A DNA stretch of 64,000 bases from Blasia pusilla (Eukaryota), in contig CM114271.1 of assembly GCA_050084515.1 (NCBI GenBank), positions 37,820,001 through 37,884,000 on the forward strand. The letters run 5' to 3'. The notes under the pieces were generated by a model. It had not been told where the DNA came from, did not search any database, and saw nothing but the letters and a program-made list of their open reading frames with translations. Position numbers and translations under genes: made by a program. Of the stretch, positions 25,591 through 37,023 are shown one piece after another; the stretch's first letter is position 1, and every line of letters starts with the position of its first letter.

Positions 25591-26411
25591 ATTCGGGCTT
25601 CAATTTGAACCTTCTCTGAGTTTACAATTACAAGAATTCACAGATGCTGATTGGGCAAGAAGCGTGTCTGATGGACACTCCATATATGGTTATTCATTTA
25701 CTTTGGGAAGCCCAATTACAAGTCTATAGTTACTTTATCTTCAAGAGAGGCTGAATACAAATGAGCAACCAATGTAGCATGTGAGGAGGTGTGGCTTCAT
25801 CAATTACTTGTTGAGATTGGTATTAGTAACTTAAGACCTAGAGTAATATATGCAGAAAATATTAGTAGCATCAAACTTGCTAATAACCCTATGTTTCATG
25901 CTTGTACAAAGCATGTTGAGATGCACTATCATTTTATGAGAGAGAAAATGCTTGCAAGAGAAATTGATCTTGTGTATATAGGTATAGATCAGCAAATTGC
26001 TAACGTCTTTACAAAGGCATTGTCTAGAGATAAGTTTGAGATGTTTAGAAACAATTTAGGCGTTACAGATCTCAATATGAGCTTGAGAGGAAGTATTGAA
26101 GATTGAGTTACACACGAGATCATGAGACACTTGAACTGCTATATTTGGTACTCACGCAAAGTAGGGAAGCTTGATCTTGGTTAGTCAGTGAAGTGCGCTT
26201 ATCTTAACTAAGGTTAGTCAATCATAATTATTCTAACCAGAGACTATGGTTAAGATTAGGGTTAGGGTTGCTTGTACATACCCTATATAATTGAGAAGGG
26301 GATCACCCTCCACTCATTCTCTCATTACAAAATTTTGTTCTCCACGGTGATGAGTGAATGTGAGAGCCGTTTCCCACCAGTTATGCTTCTTTAGCAATTT
26401 TTACATATTCA
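25590..26411 (+). mobile_element. Ty1/Copia 3' fragment: RNase H, polypurine tract and 3' LTR
   Basis: FTDADWA...SSREAEY...WL..LL.EIG...ENISSIKLANNPMFHACTKHVEMHYHFMRE...QIANVFTKAL. PPT ttgagaggaagtat followed by TG at 26097, LTR TATA at ~26284, tentative CA end at ~26411. Confidence 0.85.
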
Positions 26412-28700
26412 CGATGTGTATTATTTCTAGTTGATACACCGTGTATTTTTTTGCACATCTTGTCTCGATCATCACTTTATTCTTAAGTACAAACTTTCTC
26501 AAGCGATACTATGGAGACTCTCTAGTTCCTTGGTTGACTTCCTTGGATCTCCCCAAGGACTCAATGGACTCGAAGAAATATCCTTTGTTTGATCCTTGAG
26601 AGATTTTGATAGAAGGTAGAGAGTTGCTTCAGTCATCCCCAAAGTCAAGACCCTTTAAAAAGGCTTAATCTAGAATCCCAAGCCGGTCTTTTCATGATGT
26701 CCAACTTTAAGGTTTCTTTCGTATATTAAAGGTTGATTGTCCCTTGTTTGTGGTAGCACTTCTTCCAAGTTGAAGTTCTATTTGATATACTCTTCTTGAG
26801 AAAGTGGAGACCATTTCTCGCTCTCTAGGGATGTTGGAGTTGCACTCTTTATGCCATAGTGTTCTTGGATGAACACACATTGGCACTGATAGCCTTCCCT
26901 CTTCTATGTATGGATTTCATTTATGTGCTTATCATCGCAGTGTTTCTTGTTACGTCATGGATTTGAGTGACCTTTTCTTGTTGAACTTGTTCAAAGATAC
27001 AACTGTAGAGTCACGAGCAAAGCTGGAGAGCAAGAGCTAGAGCTAGAGATCCAATAGCAAAGTTGGAGCGGCCCAAGAAGACTTTCCCAAGGTGGGGGGG
27101 GGGGGGCAGGTCAGAGGGCCCTAGAAGTATATATAAGGGGAAGGGTCTCTGAGGGTGCTTGGGATCTGAGCACTACTTTAAGTAGCCACAAGGCTAATCG
27201 AGGGCACGGAATGGACCAAGGGCAAGAGAGTAAATTTCAAAGGCCCCCCTTGGATTCCAACTATGACTTAGGTACTAGGTCTCATGGTTAGGGACTCATG
27301 CAAAATCCATTAGATAGTTGGAACCGCTAAGCATGTGAGCCTCGTTTTAGGTGCCTTGAGTATCTAGAAAGTTTGTCCCAAGTCTACAAAGATCCGCCCG
27401 TATTGGGAAGTGAGGAGTTAGGACCTATTAAGCTTGATGCATGGCAAAGTTGAAAACTCGAAGAGTTGGAAGGGTGGTGGACGCAAACCAAGTCTAATGA
27501 GAGTGTATGTAGATGCAGATCAACAAAGTGAGCATGACCTACTAAATGTATGCTTCCGCAACATCTAAAATTGACGTTCAAAAGGAGTAGGTGCACGATA
27601 GAAGGGATGAACGCAGACCCAAGTACAGATTAAGGATTGAACAACCTAAAATGTATTGCAAACAAAGCGTAATCAAAATGCTCAAAGAATGCAGTTTTTG
27701 ACCCTAGTTTAGAATGACCTTGCTGACTTGGGCCCCATAGTCGTGCATGCTTCCCGCGGACTAAAAAGAAAATTTGGCCGAATCCGGGGTTATGAGTAAT
27801 CATAGCTGGTTAAAATTGGTTTTGGTAAAAAAATGGCAAGATTGGGGGTTTCGAAATGGTAAAATCGATTTGAAATCCAATTCTACTATTCCCCGCTATG
27901 AAATACCAGTTCCCATTCTTGCTTCGGTCCACAATGAATATGCTCAAAAATTCAAAATTGTGTTATTTCACAAAATTGAGCTTTTAATAATGTAAAAATA
28001 TTTTTAATTTCAATACTAACTAGTATGCGTCCGTTATAGGAAAAGGAAGGCATGATAAAGGGGCTCATGGAGGGAATAAATGAAATATATGGGGGAGTTT
28101 TGGTAAGAATGGGAAGGGGGCTGGTATTTTGGCAGGAGAGAGTAAGAGAGGAGAGGAAGAGAGAAAGAGAGGAGAGTCTCTCTTAAAAAAAAAGGGAGAG
28201 TCCGCCTCCTCTCTTCTAAAATTTCATTAGTTTCTTTATAAGTTTTTCTCTTTGAAATGCTAAAAAACTTTAGAAGAGAGTAACAAGTGGACTAGATTGG
28301 GTCATAAACTAACTTCGTGTTTCCAGGCTTCAATCCTAAACTAGACACACCAAGACCAAGTAAGCCGTGGTCTATATATACTACTTACATCACTCTATAT
28401 GCTAGCCAAGACTTTCACTACTAATAGATGGGATTTATTTTCTCCTAGGACATTCTTGGAGATTGATAAACAGGATAGCAAATTTGGTGAGTTTATTAGA
28501 AAGTGATGGGTTCGAATATTTCCAACTATGACTTAGACTTCTCTGAGGCCACGAATCAGTCGTCTATGTTGGCTGAGCAATGGGTATATGGAGTGTCTAT
28601 GATGGTGATGGATGTTTGGAAAGTTTAGGGCTTAGCGTTTAAACACATCAGTCTGAGGTAAAGAAAGCGACCCTTAAGGCCTACATGGAAGGACTACGAG
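26412..28700. repeat. Nested unclassified retroelement/LTR-like repeats
   Basis: 26416-27180 is homologous to inverted 6110-7400. 27925-28112 is homologous to inverted 22850-22990 and 47965-48150. GA-rich tract at 28135-28200. No coding motif recognised. Confidence 0.45.
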
Positions 28701-28724
28701 GAAAATAAAGGCAATCAACCTTTC

Positions 28725-29375
28725 ATCATGTCGGAATCCGACAGGTTGGTAGAAAAGCTAGTGATGAAACAAGTGGAGAGAATGAAATGAAGGTAAGGCA
28801 TCATCCTTCCATGCAACTGGTCGGAATCTGACAGGTTTAGATGCTGATTGCTTCCATTTTACTCTAAGTCCTTCCTTGTAGATCTCTGTCCTCTCTTCAT
28901 GCAACTTGTCGGATTCCGACAGGTTGCATGATAGATGAAGTTTGAATCTAAGAAGAACAACAGGAATGAAGCCTCCCAACCTGAGGCATGCCAACCTGTT
29001 AGAATGCAATAAGTTTCAGAAAATAACACTTGAGTGAGGAATGGTTTGAAGGAAATGGGGAACAAGGCGAGGGTCCACAAGCCAGCCAAAATGCTTGAAA
29101 GGATTGTGGTGGCATGGGAAAAGAAAAGTCAGTCAAGTAGACAACCTATCCAAATCCAACCGGATGGAGGACGTTAAATTGGGAAAATGCAGCAGCCAAT
29201 CAATTTGACGTGCAACCTGTCTGAATCCGACAGGTTTCCTGAATGGATCATAGAGAAAGAGGTTTTAAAAAAATATGAGCGTCCCGGAAGCAATAAATCC
29301 TACAACTTGTCGGAATCCAATAGGTTGCAAGCATGGTCTTTGGTTTGCAACCCAGTTTAATCCGACGGGTTGCTC
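28725..29375. repeat. Palindrome cluster in the 3' flank of the MTase-like exon
   Basis: ~7 copies, mostly the CCTG/CAGG variant, e.g. gcaacttgtcggattccgacaggttgc (28901). Confidence 0.75.
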
Positions 29376-29536
29376 AATGAAGACCGTTCAACATAGAGGA
29401 ATCGCAACCGAGATACACAAGCACCACTACTTAGAAGACACATCAAGAACGTTAATATCCTTAAAAAAAATGGAAGTCCTTTATTATATCCTAGGGAAAC
29501 TCGGAAATTTACATTTGTTCACATAATCCAACAACT

Positions 29537-30472
29537 CTAGTCTATGATTTCCTCAGCCTTGTCATCTACAAATTTACTCCTAACTCTCCTCGGCTCCTGT
29601 ACAAGAGGAATGTCTTGGGATACTAGTGGCTCATCTCGTCGATTGTAGATGGGGATTGAGAATGTAGGAGAAGTTGATGGCCTTGCCTCCCCCCCTAGGT
29701 ACACCATATCGGTCCCATGTGTGATTTTAAGAGTCCCAAAGCCTTCCCCGTAAAAAAATCTTGTATGCTCCGCAAGGTGACATCCATCCACTATCAATAT
29801 GTACTTCGTCACTTGAAACCACCACATCCCTACTCCAAAACACTTGAATCAATTGAACCCGATAAATCCAGTCAACTCACTCATCATCTTCGGAGAGCTC
29901 CTCCAAAACGATTGCCGGCCTTGCCCTGCCGATTTTTGGAATGACAAGAAGGGAAGATGGCGTCACTACCAATGGGTCTCTCTGGTTGGAGCGATTGCCT
30001 TTGGAGGCGAGTTGTAGACTCCCACAAGCCTTTCGTAATCCACCTTTGCCTCCTTGCAAAGGTCGAAAAGTTTCGTTCTTCCTTCAATGGAGAGAATGTT
30101 TCTGCCACTCTACCATGCACCTCTGATACTCGCCCCTGATAAACCAACCAAGTCCAAGACCAAATCACATGGCCTCGAGCATAGCTCAATGAGGGTCTGC
30201 ATCAGGGCAGGTGACTTATCCCTTCCTCCAAGTAAAGGCGTGCCTTCAATCATAAAGAGTCCTGGGGGATTTGTAAAGGTTATCCAATGTGATCCAATCC
30301 AAGCATGGATCGACGGGATTGGATATCTGAAACACCTAAAACATGTGCTCTGGTCTCACAAAACAGTAGACATAGGAGTGCTCCATCTGTCCACAAGGCA
30401 AGAGCAAAAAATGGTTAGCTTTAAGGTGGAACAAGCCTACACGTCGGAAATTCTCGCTTGCTCTACAACTTC
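29537..30472 (-). pseudogene. Terminal exon encoding an N4-cytosine/N6-adenine DNA methyltransferase-like SAM-binding region (not in ORF track)
   Basis: Manual minus-strand translation after TTTAG acceptor at 30473: ...WITFTNPPGLFMIEGTPLLGGRDKSPALMQTLIELCSRPCDLVLDLVGLSGASIRGAW*SGRNILSIEGRTKLFDLC. Core at 30083-30230, stop at 30110-30112. Resembles the K-P-x-L..LI...S..GD.VLD.F.GSG.T..AA...GR..IG.E pattern of beta-class amino-MTases. Acidic tail RSKFVDDKAEEIID* ends at 29537. Confidence 0.7.
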
Positions 30473-30479
30473 CTAAACA

Positions 30480-30945
30480 TTTGTGCAAAATTATTCGGAT
30501 CCCCATGGGTTGCTCATAAACAAAAAGAGATTTTGTCTAGCTCTACAATTAAATCAATATGCCTAGTGCAACATTCATTTTCGAATCCCGAAGGGTTGCA
30601 CAAAATTGGTTTTTTCCTTATCCAAGCATCTACTTTAGAAGCAACCCGTGAGAGCCCGACGGGTTGCTCATAAACAAAGTAAGATTTCTTGAAACTATAT
30701 ACTTTCATCAAAAAATTTGCAACCCATCGGTCTCCACGGGTTGCCTATAATTTTCTTTTTCCTTATCCAAATATCTAGTTGAGAAGCAATTTTTGAATTC
30801 CAACGGGTTGCTCATATCAACGTCATAAGTCTATGAGCAACCCCGTGTTTCGATGGGTTTCTCATCATGGGGAAACGGTTGCACTAAATGTCTTCATTAA
30901 TTATAAATCGATTCCTACAACCCGTCGGGATTGACGGGTTGCATA
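30480..30945. repeat. Palindrome cluster in the intron preceding the MTase-like exon
   Basis: e.g. gcaacccgtgagagcccgacgggttgc (30641), acaacccgtcgggattgacgggttgca (30917). Candidate minus-strand GT donors at 30956 and 30952. Confidence 0.75.
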
Positions 30946-33403
30946 TGTAAACCTACGGTCTAGAACATAGAAAAAAATGGAATAAAGTAATTTTGAACAT
31001 ACCCGGATTTGATTTGTAGAAGATGTGAGTGGGTCTTCATTTTTAACCAAAAGTGTGCCCCCTCCTCCACTTTAGCAACCTCTTCACGTGGTGAAGGTTG
31101 AAGACCTGTCTTTGCTCCCCTTTGGTCTCGTGTCCTGGCCGAGAGAAATCATCATTATCTATTACAATAATCTATCTTATTATTACTCTAGTGAACTTAC
31201 GGAGAGTGTTTCCTTGATTGGGTTAGGAAAGGTTTCACAACCCAAGTGAAACAAGAAAATTTGTGTGTCCTTTCCAAAAGGAAAAGGGTTATACCCTTTT
31301 CCTTTTGCGGGTTCTTAAATTTTTCTTTATTTCCCGTATATCTTACTAATGAATTTGGTTTCGTTTCTTCATAAGCACAAATCGGGTTCACGATGTCAGA
31401 CAAAAGGCAGGACATTAAGACACATCTCTCTAAAGTCTTGTCTCTAGACCGTATGGCAGAAACATGGTTCAGTAGTATTTTTCGCGGTAATGGAGCCGGT
31501 AGTGTTGGGAAATATGTTTTATTTTCCATAATTTTCCAATTTTTTTACACAAAGAGGAAGAATTTTCCGACCTCTTTTGGATTTCATTCTACTAAGTTAT
31601 CCTCGGAGGAATTCAACTTTAAATCACACATATTTATTAATTAATTGATAATTAATGAATATTTATTTATTATAATAATTTCATATTTCTCTAATAACCA
31701 CATTACAATCAAATCTGGTTTTCTAAAAAAGAAATTTATCTCAATTGTATAAAGTACAAATTGATATAAAGTACAAATGATAATTACAAAAAATATTATT
31801 TCTATCATAACACCCTCATAGAAATAGAAAATTATAGGCCTAATACTATATGTAAAGAGATTCAGAATTTTTTTCTAATAATTTGTATAAATATCTCTAG
31901 GTAACTAGTTTATCCTAGAATGGGTAATTAATCACACAAAACAATGAGAAAGTTTTGGAAAATAGTAAAATATTTACAATTTTGTCCCTTAATTCATACT
32001 TCATGGGAAGGGAAAATGAATGTTGGTGGAGAAGGAATACATATTGTTTCAATTTAATTGGAGGATGGAATTTTGGGAGAAGGAATACATTTTATTTAAA
32101 TTTTAATGGAGAAATGGAATGTAATAATTTTTCTTCAAATTCTACTTTAATTTTGAAAATGAAAAATATGATGACTTAAATTTTTTTCCTACTTGATATT
32201 TCAAAATAAAATAACTTCAATTAAAGAGGGAATGATTTCATTAATCATAGTTAACCAATAATTTAGATAGCATATATATATTTTATAATTAGCGATCCCA
32301 TATGCTTAATTAGACAAGAGAGTGAATTGTAACACAAACTAGGCAAACTCTTTTAATTTTGTTGATTAACCATATTAAATGGATAGAAATAGATAATGGC
32401 AAAGGAATGAATAGGGATTTGAGAGGAATATATCTTAATCAATTATTAATTAATTTAATATTATAATGGATGATTATAAAAATAAATAACATGGAATAAT
32501 TATAATAAATAACCATAAATTTAAAATTTTACCTCAATTTGATGAAAAGAAACTAAATTTTCATGGAGAAGGGGATTTCGTTGAATTTTAGAGAAGGATG
32601 ATTACTTAGGGGATTGGGATATTGTCTAAATTTGAATGGAGGATTGTAATTACCAAGAAGAGTGAAATATTATAGAAGATTTAAGAAGATAAAATTTATT
32701 TTTAAAATTCTAAATTAATAACATGATCATTTAAAAAAATAATCATATTAATTCACCCGTTATATTTTTGAAAAGAAAATTAATTAAAAATGATTCAATT
32801 AATTTAAATTAAAAAAAATTGATTACTAAATGTGTTTCTTTTGAAGATGAAAAATAGTTATTGTTTTGAGCTTGTATGGAAGAGTGAGATTATTTAAGGG
32901 AGATGGTTATTATTGAAAGATTATTGAAATTTTTCTTACTCTTTTAAGATTTTAAAAAATAGAATATTTAAATTTTAAAATTATATCCAATTTCAAAATT
33001 TGAACATAGTCAAAAACTCTTATTGAAAATTATTTTAAGGTCCTACTGCCAAGCGACAATTGGACAACAAGAAAATAAAATTGAGAAACAATTGAACTTG
33101 AATTTTCTGGAATATATATTTTTCTTGGATCACGGGGTCTTACTAGTTATTTACTAGTTATTTTGATGGGAAGAAAAAGTATTATTCACACTTTTGTAGA
33201 AAATTGAACTTATCTAAAATATTTTTAAAAACTCAGTTCCGTAAAGTAAAACGTTGTGGACGAGAAGCAAGAACAAGGACCATAATCGCGACACCGTCTA
33301 TCCCAGAAGACGGTGTCGCGATTGAAGTAGAGTTTGGAGCTCGAGACACATATATATCATCCAACGCTGCCAGGTCAAAACTGATCACCTTCGAGAATAA
33401 CTA

Positions 33404-33750
33404 ACGGAGCTTCGCAAAAAAAACAAGAGCACAAGACTAAAAGCTGTTTGGGCATCTGATGACCGAGTCAATCCTCTCAACGGTACACCCGATTTCACTC
33501 GGTTATACTAGCTAGCTCCGGTTACCACAGCACTCAATCTCACGGACTCTCATTCTTCATCTGTAACCGGATCGATCCATGACGGAGCTTCGCAAAAAAA
33601 ACAGAGCACTAGACTAAAAACTGTGTGGGCATCTGATGGCCGAATCAATCATCTCAACGGTACACCCGATTTCACTAGGTTATACTAGCTAGCTCCGGTT
33701 ACCACAGCACTCAATCTCACGGACTCTCATTCTTCATCTGTAACCGGACT
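33404..33750. repeat. Local tandem duplication, ~178-bp unit x2
   Basis: acggagcttcgcaaaaaaaac...ctgtaaccgga starts at 33404 and again at 33582. Single copy at the paralogous sites (~8360-8510, ~23200-23345, ~48370-48520). Confidence 0.85.
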
Positions 33751-34265
33751 CCTTTCGATAATTGATGTTTGATGTTGATAAATTTAAATGACGACTTAAG
33801 TATTCGGTAGCCAGGGCAACTCGAAAGCATCAAGCACTGTAAACGTACTCTTTCAAATCTTCATGCATAGAAGGGATCAGAACACATGAGCCCTTCAAAA
33901 TCGTACATCCTGCCGTTCCGAAAAGACAGCGCAAGGGCATGGCAGATTAGAGCTCGCGCCAGAACTGAGAAAGTGTGTGCTGGGAACAAATCAGAAAATG
34001 GATAGTGGCGTGCACCTCCGTGCAGGCTAACTAAACCCGGTTGAATCAAGCAGCACCTTACCACTAGCACGTATAAAAATGGAAGGCTCCGATCCAGCTC
34101 GACACTGTTATTCTGTTACTACACTTACAACGTCACACCGATAATTGATGCTGGTGGTGACGATCAATCATAAGGAGGGCCTTGAGCTCGATCTTCAGTG
34201 AAACAAGCAAGCAGAATTGATTGGTATTCGATGGGGATTAATACTGTGCATATCGTTGACTTCAT

Positions 34266-35190
34266 CTAGGCGCTGTCCTTGATATATCCTTCGACTGCCT
34301 TGAACAAATTTGTGACTGCTCCCTTCGCTTGTTCGACGACGCCAGGAATGGCGTTTTCTGAGCCGCCCTCGTACTCGGTGGTGACGTGCACCTTGCACTT
34401 GTCATCGCCGACCGCGATGATGGTCATACTGGTAACCCACTTGGTGAAGCCCACGCCCTCACTGAGATGTCCTCCCTCGATCTCTTGGGTGGTGATTTTA
34501 GCATCACCTTCGAGGTCCAGGCCGATGAGCTTCTCCTTGACGAACGCGCCGGCGGGCGCCACTGGAAAATGTAAACGGAGTTGGTGTGAGAGACCATCAT
34601 GAATTTCAGGTGGCCATGGCTACTTGTACTAAGTCGATCACGGATACATCCTACATTTGAACGTTGAGTTTTGAAATTGACTGACTCATTCTATCGACCT
34701 GAATGAGTTTAACCGCATGCGTCAAACTGGAGCTAAGCGCAGGGGTCGATACATTCATTGTTTCCGGTGATATTCACACCAGGAAGGCCAGTAGGAAAGC
34801 GCGCCGAATCTTATTATAGCTAGATTTAACTAGAACTGTACATCTGGAATCGGTTCCATCGATCTCTTCGAATTCATCAATACGTTCAAGCCAAAGTTGA
34901 AGTACGAGCTGCGAAATGGGACCGGTAAAACCGAGCGTACTCACATGCCTTCGGTAATCAAATGCAACAATGTAGAGCCAACAAACATCTCACTGGGATA
35001 CAGCATGTGTGAGCTTACCGAAGTTGATGATTCGCACCGAGCCTACGTGTCCTTCCACACCCTCGATTTCCTCCATGGTGCTAATGACCTCTGGTAAGAG
35101 CTTGGGGAACAGCGTGTTTTGCTCCTTCAAAGCTCCCCACAGGGCGCTCACAGGCACGGCCAACTCGACAGCAGACTCGAAGGAACCCAT
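34266..35190 (-). CDS. Bet v 1/PR-10-like protein, pair 3 minus gene; exons 35190-35019 and 34561-34266, 155 aa
   Basis: GTAAG donor at 35018, TTTTCCAG acceptor at 34562, open spliced frame ending LFKAVEGYIKDSA*. Confidence 0.9.
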
Positions 35191-35355
35191 TTCCGGTCCA
35201 GTACTGAATCTCGGTACTGATGCGATAGACTCTGGAGACGAAACTCTCGAGATGAAGATGTAGGTACGGGATGCAAGAGCAAATCGAGTGATGGCGAAAT
35301 TGTGAGAGAGTACTGGTTAGCGATGAAGCTTGCGAACTGAGATCGCGCGCGCTCC

Positions 35356-36107
35356 TTATATACTGAACAGAGCAATGTGAGGCTGCTCTGTAGTTGCTGC
35401 CATCCGCCCGTACTCGGGTGCTGAATCATGCCTCCCAGTGGAGGCCGGGATGGCCGAGAAAGGATTCCCCACCTCCACGGCCTCCACGGTCAAATGACGA
35501 CGAAGTCCAAAGTTGCTGTTCTAAAGGTCGTCCCGCTCTGACCCGTCCGACGTAGCAAGCGTCTTCTCGAACTTCCATTATGGGCGCGGCTCGGATAAAT
35601 TGGTCACTAGAATAGGCGTTTTCACCGGCCGAAAGACAAGTGAACATTACGCTTTTACGCCTGTTCCATCCGCTTTTAGCCTCTGTTGACTCGTTTGAGG
35701 ACAGAGAAAGGACGACCTCACCGGCGTTTAGCATGCAGCCCGCGGTAGGATACGTTAAATTCGTATAGAATCGCGTTGAGACGGTCGGTCAGTGGAAACT
35801 CGTTAGTGTAAATATTGATAATGGACTGCCTTCGAGGGTTGTTCGTGCGTGAGTCATGAAGCGGATCACGGGAGTCAGATTAAAGCTAATGCAAGTTACA
35901 GCGAAGACCTTTCTAGGGACAAGGGGCATGCTAACTCGGACCGATGCGACACGCTGCCCCGTTGCAAGTCCTCAAGAGCACATGCCTAGCAAGACGTCGT
36001 CGGCAGGCCTGGGAAGCATTTCTGGTCGTTTGATCTAGACCAATGCATGCATGGCCTTTTTCCCGTGCTAGGCACCAGCTGAGGAGCGTCCTCTGTTCAG
36101 TATATAA
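35356..36107. promoter_or_regulatory. Divergent promoter region of PR-10 pair 3
   Basis: Mirrored TATATAA at 35356-35362 (minus) and 36101-36107 (plus). Confidence 0.75.
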
Positions 36108-36250
36108 GAGCCTCGCGCACTCTCAGTTCGCAGGCCTTCATCGCTAACCAGTAAAGTCTCGCAATCAATCGATCTGCTCTTGCATCCAACTTTAGATCTC
36201 CGTCTAGATCATTTAGTCCATTCCATCAGGGTCGAGATTCAGCACCGGAA

Positions 36251-37023
36251 ATGGGTTCCTTCGAGTCTGCTGTGGAGTTGGCCGTGCCTGTGAGCGCCTT
36301 GTGGGCGGCTTTGAAGGAGCAAAACACGCTGTTCCCCAAGCTCTTACCAGAGGTCATTAGCAGCGTTGAGGAAATCGAGGGTGTGGAAGGACACGTCGGC
36401 TCCATCCGACTCATCAAGTTTGGTAAGATCACGAAAGAACATGTCAGGCTCAAGAAGTTTATGCACACAGTGTTGATGAGTAAATCACGGTCCGTTTTAT
36501 TGATCCCATTTAGCAGTCTGTATATAAAGAGGGGGTTTAAATTACTGTCTTGATCGATGGGGTTGGTGGATAGCCTGTTCAGTCAATTGCAAGACTTTTG
36601 GATAACGTTCTCGGATGAATGCGTGATCGATGTTGCAATTAATGGCGATGAACGCTTAGTATCAATAGGCATGGCCACCTGAAATTGAATGATCGGTTCT
36701 CACACCAACACCGTCCACACTTTCCAGTGGCTCCCGCGGGCGCGTTCGTCAAGGAGAAGCTCATCGGCCTGGACCTCGAAGGTGATTCTAAAATCACCAC
36801 TCAAGAGATCGAGGGAGGACATCTCAGCGAGGGCGTAGGCTTCACCAAGTGGGTTACCATCATGACCATCAGCGCCGTCGGCGATGACAAGTGCAAGGTG
36901 CACGTCACCACCGAGTACGAGGGCGGCTCAGAAAACGCCATTCCTGGCGTCGTCGAACAAGGGCAGGGAGCAGTCACACATTTGTTCAAAGCAATCGAAG
37001 ATTATATCAAGAACAAGGCGTAG
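36251..37023 (+). CDS. Bet v 1/PR-10-like protein, pair 3 plus gene; exons 36251-36422 and 36728-37023, 155 aa
   Basis: GTAAG donor at 36423, TTTCCAG acceptor ending 36727, open frame. Intron is 305 nt versus 196 nt in pairs 1 and 2. Confidence 0.9.

Larger units (their letters stand above)
8100..30048. repeat. Segmental duplication unit, copied at ~33240-64000
   Basis: Colinear high similarity with offset ~25.1 kb (11113/36251, 17340/42441), then ~33.95 kb (25789/59777, 27774/61708). The offset change reflects an ~8.7-kb segment absent from this copy. Confidence 0.9.

Noticed and set aside
26256-26269. Interstitial telomere (TTAGGG)2
   Set aside because: Only two units, inside a Copia LTR.
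30259-30273. NPPG as the methyltransferase catalytic motif IV
   Set aside because: It lacks the aromatic fourth residue and lies immediately before motif X, which is not where motif IV is expected.
30054-30476. 140-aa plus-strand ORF
   Set aside because: Antisense shadow of the MTase-like exon.
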